A DNA stretch of 64,000 nucleotides from Antedon mediterranea (taxonomy: Eukaryota; Animalia; Echinodermata), in contig NC_092675.1 of NCBI RefSeq assembly GCF_964355755.1, positions 6,195,812 through 6,259,811 on the forward strand. The letters are read 5' to 3'. Made by a program: the position numbers and the translations under genes. The notes under the pieces are model-generated. The model saw nothing but the letters and a program-made list of their open reading frames with translations, made no database searches and had not been told where the DNA came from. This document shows positions 54,801 to 64,000 of this stretch, piece by piece; positions within the stretch are counted from its first letter, which is position 1, and each line of letters begins with the position of its first letter.

Positions 54801-57503
54801 TTTAAATTTAACTGTATACTGTACTAATAATGATAACATTTAAATTTAACTGTATACTATATACTAATAATGATAACATTTAAATTTAACTGTATACTAT
54901 ATACTAATAATGATAACATTTAAACTTAAAACTATACTAATAATGATAACATTTAAATTTAACTGTATACTGTACTAATAATGATAACATTTAAATTTAA
55001 CTGTATACTATACTAATAATGATAACATTTAAATTTAACTGTATACTATACTAATAATGATAACATTTAAATTTAACTGTATACAAAACTACTAATGATA
55101 ACATTTAAAATAACTGTATACTATTCTAATTAATAACATTTAAATTCAGTTGCCATACACTGCAGTGTACATACAGTATGATTATAATAGAAATTGATAT
55201 AGTATAGTTCGATAGCCTTTTGCTACTGGGCGTATTCATGTACTGTATTAACCTTCTTTACATACACTAATACTACAGAGTTGGATTTGTAATTAAAATT
55301 AAAATAACAAAAATACTCAATGCGGTATTAAAGAATCAATTCTTAATTAACAGTGGTATTACTGTAAACATGCAATTGTTGTAAAACGTCATTTGAGAAA
55401 AATAATACTAATTTATTAAATTCAGAAATTGTTTTTGAAACCATATATCTAATTTGCACATTATTACTATTATAATACCAGTAAAAATTGTATTCAATAT
55501 TAAATGCATAATAGTAATTTATTGTCCAACTGACATGAAGTAGTCAACTGATATGCTGATTATTTATGATGCAAATTTATGTGAAACTAAATATTCAAGA
55601 AAAATGTCAACTTGGTATTTTAGTAAGTAAAAACAAGGCTATATTTATAAAATAATTCCATTGAAGTGAATATGAGATTGACAAATAAAGATGTTAAGCT
55701 TAAGAAGGCACTGCTAAAGCCTGTTATATTATAAACTGTGTTAATGACCCTAGGTAATTATCACTTACAGTAATATTTATAATATATTAGACATATTCTG
55801 CTTGCCACAATATTGAAATCTATTATCACAAATTGGTTATGATTAATCAGAAATATTTACTATTTTATTATTTATTCCAATAAATTATACAAATGTAAAG
55901 CTCTGTCTACACTATCAAACTAGTTTGACAAAAGTGTGGTGTGCCCAAATATGGTAGTGATATGATGTAATCATGTCCATATAGAGCACATCACATCAAA
56001 GTTTGATATAGTGCAGCTTAAGCTCTATCTACACTATCAAAGTTTATGTGACAAAAAATGTGATGTGCCCATACATGGACATGATGATGTCATATTGTAC
56101 CACTATCATTTTTGGTCATATCACTACCATATTTGGGCACATCACACTTTTTTGTCAAACTAATTTGATAGTATAGAAAGAGCTTTACTCTATGACTTTC
56201 ATCATCTCAGTGTCATTTTAGCTACATCATTAAAGTATCTCATCACCATTATAAAACTGACTCATGCATAAATTAGATTTACCCAAATTTAATTTCTGGT
56301 AATAGCCATCTTAAATTAGAACGTATTTTAACCGTTGATTTACTACAGTAAACGTGTATTTTACAATTAATATGTCTTCAAGAAAATAGAATGAGATTGG
56401 GAGAGTAAATATCGTAAATCTTGGAATTGCAGACGATTCTATGAAAGATCAATGTCTTGATTTTTTTTATAAGATGTTGTAAGAGAAGAAATGTGTGATG
56501 ACTATAAGAATATCATTCAACTTACACATCAAATGTTTATCCTTTAAAGGGAATACAGTATATTCCAGTCTAAATATATTTTTACTCATCTTAAAGATGT
56601 ATTGTCCCCCAAAAACATGAAAAATGAAGATTAATATAATCAGACTTTAAATAGGCCATTTGATTTGAATTTATTGGAAAATCATCATAAAAAATATACA
56701 AAGTGATAACATAAATTACTGACATTCACCAATTTTACTAATAAAAAAAGAAAATAATTATTTCATTTATAAAAAGACAAAAGAAACAGTTAATTTTAAC
56801 CAAAAACCATTGTCTGACACACTATTTTTTGCTTTAAATTACATTTTTTTCAGTAAATCATTTTTTTCCTATCCAGTTTTTGGTCAAAGTGAATAACTAT
56901 TATGCGACAATAAAATGGCATATTCAGCAAAATATTTAAAAAAAAAAAATTGTTTAGGGGAACAATATATCTTATATTATGATATTAATTTTTTTTTCAC
57001 TTTAATTTTACAATTGACCTCGTAATAGTGACATTTAAAACTGATGATTTTATTAGAGGCCTATAAAGTAGATGAGAATTCATTCTAATGTAAATATATA
57101 ATATTTCATTTTATTGATAATTAATATACTGTATAGTTATATTTAGGAGTTTTTCTGCTCTTCTAATTTCATTAAGGTTTAATATAAGCACAACAGATAT
57201 GTTGGTGGTAGGTATGGTTCCAAATGTGTTAAATCAAGAGGGCAAATGAAGGTGCCGTTTTCCCTAAATAGTCATATTTAAAAATTACATAATTCAAATT
57301 TCTGTAGAAATAGTTTTCCTGAATCTTGGGAATTACTTTTTATTACATTTTCCTTTTTCCTAGTTTCGGATACAGATGAAGAGTCACCATCAACTTTTGC
57401 TCCTCATCCTCTAGGAGTCGCCAAACAAGACATGGAACTGTTCCAGATGGCACAAGATAAAGCACTGGCAGAGATCATGCCGGAACTTAATAAACCACCA
57501 GTT
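39256..57503 (+). CDS. KAT6B: Histone acetyltransferase KAT6 (MOZ/MORF family), 5' part; gene continues beyond the window
   Basis: Exons 39256-39813 (WH1 LANAKYTQWILEAIRKIRKQKQRP plus H15-like WH2), 40503-40614, 46224-46336, 49082-49154, 51091-51250 (double PHD), 51551-51616, 51795-52606, 57364-57503 (DMELFQMAQ, pre-MYST helix) join in frame. No MYST-core exon found before 64000. Likely co-ortholog of KAT6A/B. Confidence 0.93.
40503..40614 (+). CDS. KAT6B: KAT6 exon, PHD1 N-half
   Basis: PEPLCRICEKG..ESLVSCADCGYS|gtgagt. Confidence 0.92.
41395..41625 (+). mobile_element. SINE 3' fragment
   Basis: GAGTAGGGG core and a tail homologous to 22130-22220. Confidence 0.5.
42695..42854. mobile_element. 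MITE family A
   Basis: Both TIRs present. Confidence 0.8.
45165..45519. mobile_element. MITE family C (Harbinger-like)
   Basis: About 38-bp TIR AGCCGATTTTCCACTAGGCGAATTTGTTCGCGCGAATC, TAA/TTA flanks. Confidence 0.8.
46224..46336 (+). CDS. KAT6B: KAT6 exon, PHD1/PHD2
   Basis: HPSCLKF..RWQCRKCKLCAICK. Confidence 0.92.
46672..46850. mobile_element. MITE family B, opposite orientation
   Basis: Same length as 15877-16055, TTA..TTA flanks. Confidence 0.85.
46882..47289. mobile_element. MITE family A, two overlapping halves separated by unrelated sequence
   Basis: Left part about 46882-46968, right part about 47189-47289, with a duplicated internal segment. Confidence 0.65.
49082..49154 (+). CDS. 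KAT6B: KAT6 exon, PHD2
   Basis: ELISCSSCDRGYHTNCVKLKKTPK. Confidence 0.9.
49281..49666 (+). mobile_element. Rex1/Babar-like LINE 3' fragment with (ACTTG)n tail
   Basis: DHFHPASSMFQLMRSGRRFRSIKANKARFTNSFFPGSIRALN; AATAAA then ACTTG x5. Confidence 0.8.
51091..51250 (+). CDS. KAT6B: KAT6 exon, PHD2 end and basic region
   Basis: HWKCSQCK..KHRKIKLK. Confidence 0.9.
51551..51616 (+). CDS. KAT6B: KAT6 exon encoding most of a CCHHC zinc finger
   Basis: catag|A NCPYPDCDGSGHINGKFKRHS AG|gtaaat; phase 2-2. Confidence 0.88.
51795..52606 (+). CDS. KAT6B: KAT6 large linker exon
   Basis: LFNCP..KGLIDGLSQFFTPS..SQLKGLFDGLSHLY..YAPHKR. Confidence 0.92.
53765..55145. repeat. 39-41 bp AT-rich minisatellite, roughly 35 copies
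   Basis: Unit AATAATGATAACATTTAAATTTAACTGTATACTAT(AT)ACT. Confidence 0.95.
55899..56184. mobile_element. Two adjacent MITE family A copies
   Basis: 55899-56018 and 56021-56184. Confidence 0.8.
56591..56975. mobile_element. Kolobok-like element with the same TIR as 14761
   Basis: TTAAAGATGTATTGTCCCC..GGGAACAATATATCTT; internal sequence also present at about 35310-35480. Confidence 0.6.
57364..57503 (+). CDS. KAT6B: KAT6 exon preceding the MYST domain
   Basis: SDTDEESP..GVAKQDMELFQMAQDKALAEI|gtaagt. Confidence 0.88.
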
Positions 57504-58133
57504 GTAAGTATTCAAACTTGATCATTTTATTGTCTATACCAATATAATAGTAATAATGGTATGTCCATTTGTATTTGAACTATCCTGGATGCTATGGCCA
57601 TCGCTAAATTGATCCTACCTTTGAATCAATGCCAATTAGCCGCCTATGTTATCGCAAACCCTGTCACAAATGGTTCCCCTTTTATAAAATATTGTGCCCT
57701 CTCTGACGTGGCCTTTTTCCTGTGGTCTTATTACTTCAAGCTCATAGTATTTTTCAGTAAAACAGGTAGCACAAGTGCCTCATGTCTCAAAGTAGCTGCA
57801 CCTACCCCAGGGTATAGCCCCATTCCACAGATCATTGCTTATAGCATTGTGGACTTTAAATATACTGTGCCTCTCCTCTACGGGTCATGTCAGTGTTGCC
57901 AATTCAGATGATCTCTCATCTGTCCAGACTAAGTGGCAGTGCACACAAGCATTTTGTGTCCACTCGACCTATGGTTTATAGTACTCATTCGGGAAAACTT
58001 GTTCTACCATCATCAAGCAAGTGAACCATTGACGATATTATGTTTTTTGCTTCTTTTTTTTCTTGCTTGCTCTTTCTTGCTCTTAATAACTTTTGTATTA
58101 AAATAGCAAGCGCAACCGCCTTGGATCTGCCCC

Positions 58134-58635
58134 TGGTAGCTTGGTGATTTAACAAGCTTCCAATCCCAAGGTCCAGGATTCAATCCTGACCTAGGTTTTA
58201 ACTCAAGACTCTTTCTCTAAGCCTCAAATGAGACTCGGTGAATGTTCAGATCCATGGAGTTATGCTTTCGTATCGCAAGCAATGTCATATTATAATTAGC
58301 GTCGTAACAGCAAAGTGTTCAGATTTTTCACCGATTTGGGTGAACATCTGGTATGCAAGAGTAAATTTGATTGGTTAGAGGTCAAAATCGTTGATGCATG
58401 ACTTTCGTATCGTAAGCAGAGTTCACTAATCCTGTACCTTGAGCTGTCATAACGAACAAAAGATCAGTGTCGTAAGAGGTGGCTTCCACTAATCTTTTCC
58501 TGGTTCAGACCTATTGAGTTGTGCGCCGCGTACAATACGAAAGTATAACTCCGTAGGTCTGAACAGGCCCTCAGTTTATAGTCACAGTATTTTTTTGTCT
58601 ATCTTATAATTGGAAAGCTACACTTGTTAGATTTC
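58134..58635 (+). mobile_element. tRNA-derived SINE (interrupted), relative of the element at 17850-18435
   Basis: Shares CTTCCAATCCCA..TTCAATCCTGACCTAG..TAACT-AAGACT..CTAAGCCTC..ATCTT-TAATTGG with 17850-18435. Confidence 0.65.
58238..58570. mobile_element. TIR element inserted in a SINE
   Basis: TGTTCAGA..GGAGTTATGCTTTCGTAT / ATACGAAAGTATAACTCC..TCTGAACA inverted ends. Confidence 0.65.
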
Positions 58636-58944
58636 TATCAATGTCATTACAAATTTCTGGGTACAAATGTACACTGATAATAACTAGGATTATTTTTTAA
58701 CATCAATATATATTTTTTATAAGAATCACGCCCAAGGTTCAATTATTGTATTACCTTTATTAAGATGCTGTGTAGCATTACAACCTTGGTTTTTTCAAGT
58801 GCGTTCATTTTTCTAGTTATTGATTTTTTCCTGAGGCTAGTTAGTGAAGCATCATCTTCTTATTTAGGTGTGGGTTTTATATTCATGAGCAGTGATTTTG
58901 TTTATATTAAATCTGTATATCTGGAAATAAACAACGTCAATAGA

Positions 58945-59200
58945 CCATAATAAGTGTTGTTATTCTCTATCAAATAAGGGTAAATAGACAAATTATGTAA
59001 TAAGTACCTTTAGTCTATTATCAAACATTGGATAAATAGTCAAATGACATAATAAGTGTCTTTAGTCTACAGTACTATCAAATAATGGGTAAATCGACAA
59101 ATGATGTAATTTGTTCCTTTTGTTTATTATCATTATCAAATAATGGGTAAATAGACAAATGATGTATTAAGTGCCTTTAGTCTACTATGAAATAATGGCC
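58945..59200. repeat. Degenerate 52-60 bp tandem repeat
   Basis: ATCAAATAATGGGTAAATAGACAAATGATGTAATAAGTGCCTTTAGTCTA units. Confidence 0.7.
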
Positions 59201-59680
59201 TACCAGAGAATTAATTGGTACAAACACAAATGTTTTGTGCTCAAACACATCCTAAGTGAAAATAAATAAAAGTATATAAAAAGTGTTAAAAAAATATTTT
59301 CATTTAGCTACACATGCACACATTTTATTTAAGCTTAATACTGTATGAGAGTTATAATCCACTATTAGGTGTAAGTTTCTTTTTCAGTATTATTTATAGT
59401 ACAGGAAACTATATAAAAAGATTAGGTAAATGTAGGCATTTTATGAGGTACAGTATCTCTTTAACCATCTTTTGATTGTCTCGTCATGGCTGATTAGATT
59501 TAAAAATGAATTTATATGCAAGATTCCCTGAAATTCACAATAGAAAAGCTTTTTATATAGTGACTATCATCAGTTACTAATTCCACTTGAAAAAAAAAAT
59601 TGAAACTTTTTTTTGTTTTTAAAGCGTATAAAAAAATGCATTGCGGTTTAGAAACATTTTGTTTGGCTTTACCAAACTAA

Positions 59681-59749
59681 AGCTCTGCCTACACTATCAA
59701 ATTTTATGTGATTTTTTTTGTCAACTAGTTTGATAGTGTAGAGAGAGCT
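59681..59749. mobile_element. Minimal MITE family A (TIRs only, 69 bp)
   Basis: AGCTCTGCCTACACTATCAAA..TTTGATAGTGTAGAGAGAGCT. Confidence 0.75.
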
Positions 59750-61228
59750 TTAACACATGATAGCAGTATGTAATTTTTGCCAGTCATGATTCTTATAAAT
59801 TTTGACTTCATGTCACTTGTCACACAAACATGGTCATTAGTAGTATGCCTATATGACTGGAAAACATTTTTGGGAACTACATTTTTACTTGGATTCTGAT
59901 TATACTGATATTAATTTTACTATTAATGTTACTAGTGCATGTTATGGGAAAACTAGGAATTTGCTTGTTCAGTGTTTATGCTCAACCTTTTCATCAAAAA
60001 GGAGAAAACGAAAATAATGCAGACCATTTGGTACGCACAATTTAAGAAAGTCTTATATCCTACTGTACTGTAGGCCTAGGCCCTAAAACTAGACATTACT
60101 ATGTGTCGTAAAGTCTCCGCAAATTTCTTGAAAGTCCATAAAGTCATAGAAAAATAATACTAAAATTAAACTATACTCATTAAATTAAAATATTGTGAAG
60201 TACATCCAATTATTTATAATATCTTTGATAAATATACTTATTTTTGTTTCTTTGTTAATTTGTTCCAATGAAAAATAACAAACTACTGTATTTTGATATT
60301 TATTGTAGATTTGTCAAGAATAACACAATGGATTTTAAAATGTTAAAAAATAATTAATTAAATTTAGAAAATAGATTTACCTAAAGCCAAAATTGTTTCA
60401 TAAATTTTATTTATAGAATCAGAAATAATTACATTTGAAATATGAATTAAATATAGATTAAACAAGAATATTTCTTACAAAAAACGCTGCTCGCTTATTG
60501 TTATTGCTAAGGTCAAGTCTGGGGGTCACTTCATCTCGCCTAGATACTTCAAGTATCCTATTACAAACAAAAACTTCAATGGACTGTTTTGATAATAATT
60601 CAATGATTATCTGACAGCGAATTATAGTAATATCATGGGACTCATAAATACCAGAATGCTTTGGGATTTGTTGTTAGACTCTTTTCCCAGCCGTTTTTGG
60701 ATTCAACAGGTGGTACCAATAAATTATAGTGGAGTTTCCATTTTAACAAAAATGTCAAAGTGTAGTACTATAAAGCTGCTTGATTTCATCTAATGAATGA
60801 GTCATCTCGTGTGACGTAGCGGGCTAGAGCAGCAGCGTGAAAAAACTTTTAAAAATAGATGTATAGATAGAGTTATAATATATTTAAATAATAAATGAAG
60901 CGGGATTTAATAAAATATAAACTTCTATATTATTAATCTATCTAAATTGCTTTGCCATCTATAATTACACAAATATTTTAAAAATCGTTACAACTAATAG
61001 CTGAAAATATTAGCATGAATATTACCAAAGGCGTTTAAATTAAGATAGTGCATACATTTAAATAGCAGTTGTCTATGATCGCAATCTCAGCAACGTACAT
61101 GGGTTTGTTAATAAAGTTATGCATGAGCGATCGCAGAAACGTAACTTTGTTGCTCAAGTCGTTAAGACCTTGCATTTATTGTGAAATTCAATTTGCACTT
61201 CTAACCTCTGAAGTAGATTGCATTTTTG

Positions 61229-61570
61229 CAACTAAGGTTTAGTTCAGAAATAAATTAACTGTATAACTCTATATATCTTTGTGCACTGTTTATTTTTAAT
61301 GATTATTTTATACAATTATAAATTTATAAAGCACACAAAAGTATATATTTTTTATTAGATTTCATGGAAAAATTGAAAATGTGAGATCCTTTGATTCTAA
61401 GGTTTAACTGAGGTTTAGTGCAAAAATAAATTAACTGTATAACTCTTATATTCTTGTGCAATGTTTATTTTTAATGATTATTTTATACGATTATAAATTT
61501 TAAATAAAGCACACAAAAGTATATATTTTTAGGTTTCATGCAAAAATTGAAAATGTGAGATCCTTTGATT
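61229..61570. repeat. Tandem duplication of about 175 bp
   Basis: GGTTTAGT..AAATAAATTAACTGTATAACTC..GAAAATGTGAGATCCTTTGATT twice. Confidence 0.85.
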
Positions 61571-62133
61571 TGTAAAAACTGTAAAACTATATGGCTATGA
61601 AAATAACAGGGATAAAGCACATTATTCTGACATAAATTTTATAGTATATAATAATTAGGTGTTTGCAGGCTTAGTACTGATCTGTTATTAAGTGTCCAGC
61701 ACCTGTTGGTTGCCATGACAATTTCCATCATAAAACCGTTTATTTTATACAGTATTACATTTATTATCATTACAGTTGAACATGTTTTTTTTAAATCTTA
61801 GAATATATACTTTTTTAATAAACAGGTGTTTTCTATAATGGACAGTACAGTATTTGTTGTCTGTGGTGTTGATCATCATCGAGTTAAATATTAATAATTA
61901 AAATTGTATTAATTTATGCCAATCAATACAATTTACAAAAATACATTCTCCAGAGAGATTATAGATCATATGAAGTGAAACAGTTCAATGACTTTTCAAC
62001 TGCACCTTTTACAAAACATTGCAAATTCAATTCAATTTAACTTTATTTAACCAGGGAGGCCCAGATCAACACATGGTTGTTATTCTCTGGGGCTGTGTAC
62101 ATACAAAAAATACAAATAAATTTTAACGTTTAA

Positions 62134-62427
62134 TATTTTTTACAATATAACAGTATATTATGCAAGGATCTATAATAATGATTAAATGATATTAAATTTT
62201 TCCAATCAATAAATCATTAGCTACAGATATTAACAAATCACCTTGATTCAATTAAAATAAAGTCCTGTTAAAATGATAGATATTTTTTACAATATAACAG
62301 TATATTATGCAAGGATCTATAATAATGATTAAATGATATTAAATTTTTCCAATCAATAAATCATTAGCTACAGATATTAACAAATCACCTTGATTCAATT
62401 AAAATAAAGTCCTGTTAAAATGATAGA
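62134..62427. repeat. Essentially perfect tandem duplication of about 147 bp
   Basis: TTTTTACAATATAACAG..CCTGTTAAAATGATAGA twice. Confidence 0.9.
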
Positions 62428-63772
62428 TTTAGTTATAGTCAGTTTCTTGTCAAATGGACTACGTGCACATAATATGAATGAATTGGTTATAACGATTGAT
62501 ATTTCAGTAACCAATCATTTAGATTTATTCAAAGTAGGATGTCAAACTATATTAAAGCTGCACTTATGACATCACTGGATTTTTATCGATTTATTACTTT
62601 ATTTTGTATTATCCCCTTAAGAACTATTAGTGTATTAGTAATGCAGTAAAAACCCCTCTGAGACAACTATATTTAATAATTGGACACTTTCCATGAAACA
62701 CTAGAGCCAATCCCCATTGAAGGGACAAATCTATTAAGAGGACCCTTTGCACAAGCCCGAAAACCATACTATCGTGACACATGGATCAAATTAAGCAATC
62801 TCCTTCAGTGCGATCCTAGTCAAGCTAAGAAGCTAACCCATTCAAGGAAGCCCTTCAACAATCGGACCCAGCATATCTTTGGATGCGACTGGCATCAGTA
62901 GTAGTCCGAACAAAACTGTACTGTTTATTGGGTCCTATTAACTTTGACGTTATTAGTAATAGTAATGTATTTTAAGACAACCCTATTAAGGGAACACTTT
63001 TCCATAAAACTAACAATTTTATACCCTAGCCAACACCTATTTAAGGGTCATATCCAGGGGCGAATCCAGCATTATAGATTAGAGGGGGAAGGACTAAATA
63101 TTTCATAAATGAAAGGTTGCAGAAAAATAAAAATAGTTATGATTTATTTTAAAAAGTTAAATTTTGGGGAGGGGGTGCTAAAGCCTGTTTAGTCCCCGCC
63201 TAATTTCGTGCTTGATCCCTATTAACACTTTGGGTTCCCGAAGGTGTCCCCTTAATAGGAGTTTTATTATATACTTTACATTGATTGTAATTTTTTTTGT
63301 AATGAAATATTAGGACAACTTTGTACTGTAACTAAAGGTTGTGCCTATCCCATTACTTTGGGTTCCCTAAGGTGTCCCCTTAAGAGTTTTATTGTATACT
63401 TTTTATTGATTGTAATTTTTTTTTAAATGAAATATTGAGACAAATTGTTAAAATATCTATACAAACTGTCTCTTTAACAACATTGTACTGTAACTAAGGT
63501 TGTGTATAGTGTAATTCTTGGCTCTGACATGCCTATGACTCATAACATTATGCCAGTACATACACAGTGCAGTAAATCTAAGCAATTTTTTTTAAACATC
63601 TTTTTGACACGTTGGCTTTGATTCAAATCAATGCAGTGAACTTGATCTTGTATTGTTATTGAATATACTGTCTTGATTAAATTGTAATGTTTACTATCTT
63701 TCAATGCTACAGATTATTAATTATCAAAACATAATGTTAAATTCTCAATACCGGTAGGTCAAATTAGACACA

Positions 63773-63939
63773 ATCTCTGTCTACACTATCACACTATTTT
63801 GGAAAAAAAAGTGATGTGCCCAAATATGGCAGTGATATGCCCAAATTATGGTAGTGATATGCCCAAATATGGTAGTGATGTGACATCATGTCCATATATG
63901 GGCACATGTAACATAAAGTTTGATAGTATAGACAGAGCT
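63773..63939. mobile_element. MITE family A
   Basis: TIRs plus tandem internal GCCCAAATATGGTAGTGATAT units. Confidence 0.8.
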
Positions 63940-64000
63940 TAAGGGAAAAAAGGATTTTAGTGTAATGGGACGCAGAATGACCTTATTATAATAGGATTAG

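Noticed and set aside
60800-61170. CpG-containing patches as an internal promoter
   Set aside because: Only scattered motifs (e.g. TGACGTA), with no associated exon or ORF evidence
57504-64000. KAT6 MYST-domain exon
   Set aside because: No IEFGKYEI/WYSSPYP-like translation found; ORFs at 57594 and 62680 lack recognisable motifs

Overview
AT-rich, intron-rich animal genomic DNA. It is probably an invertebrate deuterostome, inferred from vertebrate-like exon structure; the taxon cannot be proven from sequence alone. Reading splice sites by hand gives four protein-coding genes: (1) a complete GFPT/GFAT glutamine-fructose-6-phosphate aminotransferase (+, 18 constitutive coding exons, 1757-19870, 680 aa); (2) a complete, convergent adenosine kinase ADK (-, 23611-31128/32242) with two alternative first exons, one carrying an NLS; (3) a small DPY30-domain gene, DYDC-like (+, 33264-34947, 185 aa), head-to-head with ADK and preceded by an RFX X-box; (4) the 5' part of a KAT6 (MOZ/MORF) histone acetyltransferase (+, 39256 to beyond 57503), whose MYST domain lies past the window. 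Introns carry many PIF/Harbinger-like and Kolobok-like MITEs, tRNA-derived SINEs, LINE 3' fragments and minisatellites. Most notable: candidate in-frame cassette exons at the site of the vertebrate muscle GFPT1-L exon, a conserved ADK-L/ADK-S design, a MYT1/HBO1-type CCHHC zinc finger inside KAT6, an 18-copy minisatellite built from a SINE Pol III B-box, and CTAG/AGGCCT clusters just downstream of the 5' exons. No CRISPR array or other prokaryotic system is present. Most ORF-track entries are artefacts. Comparisons to human genes are from memory, and no database search was run.
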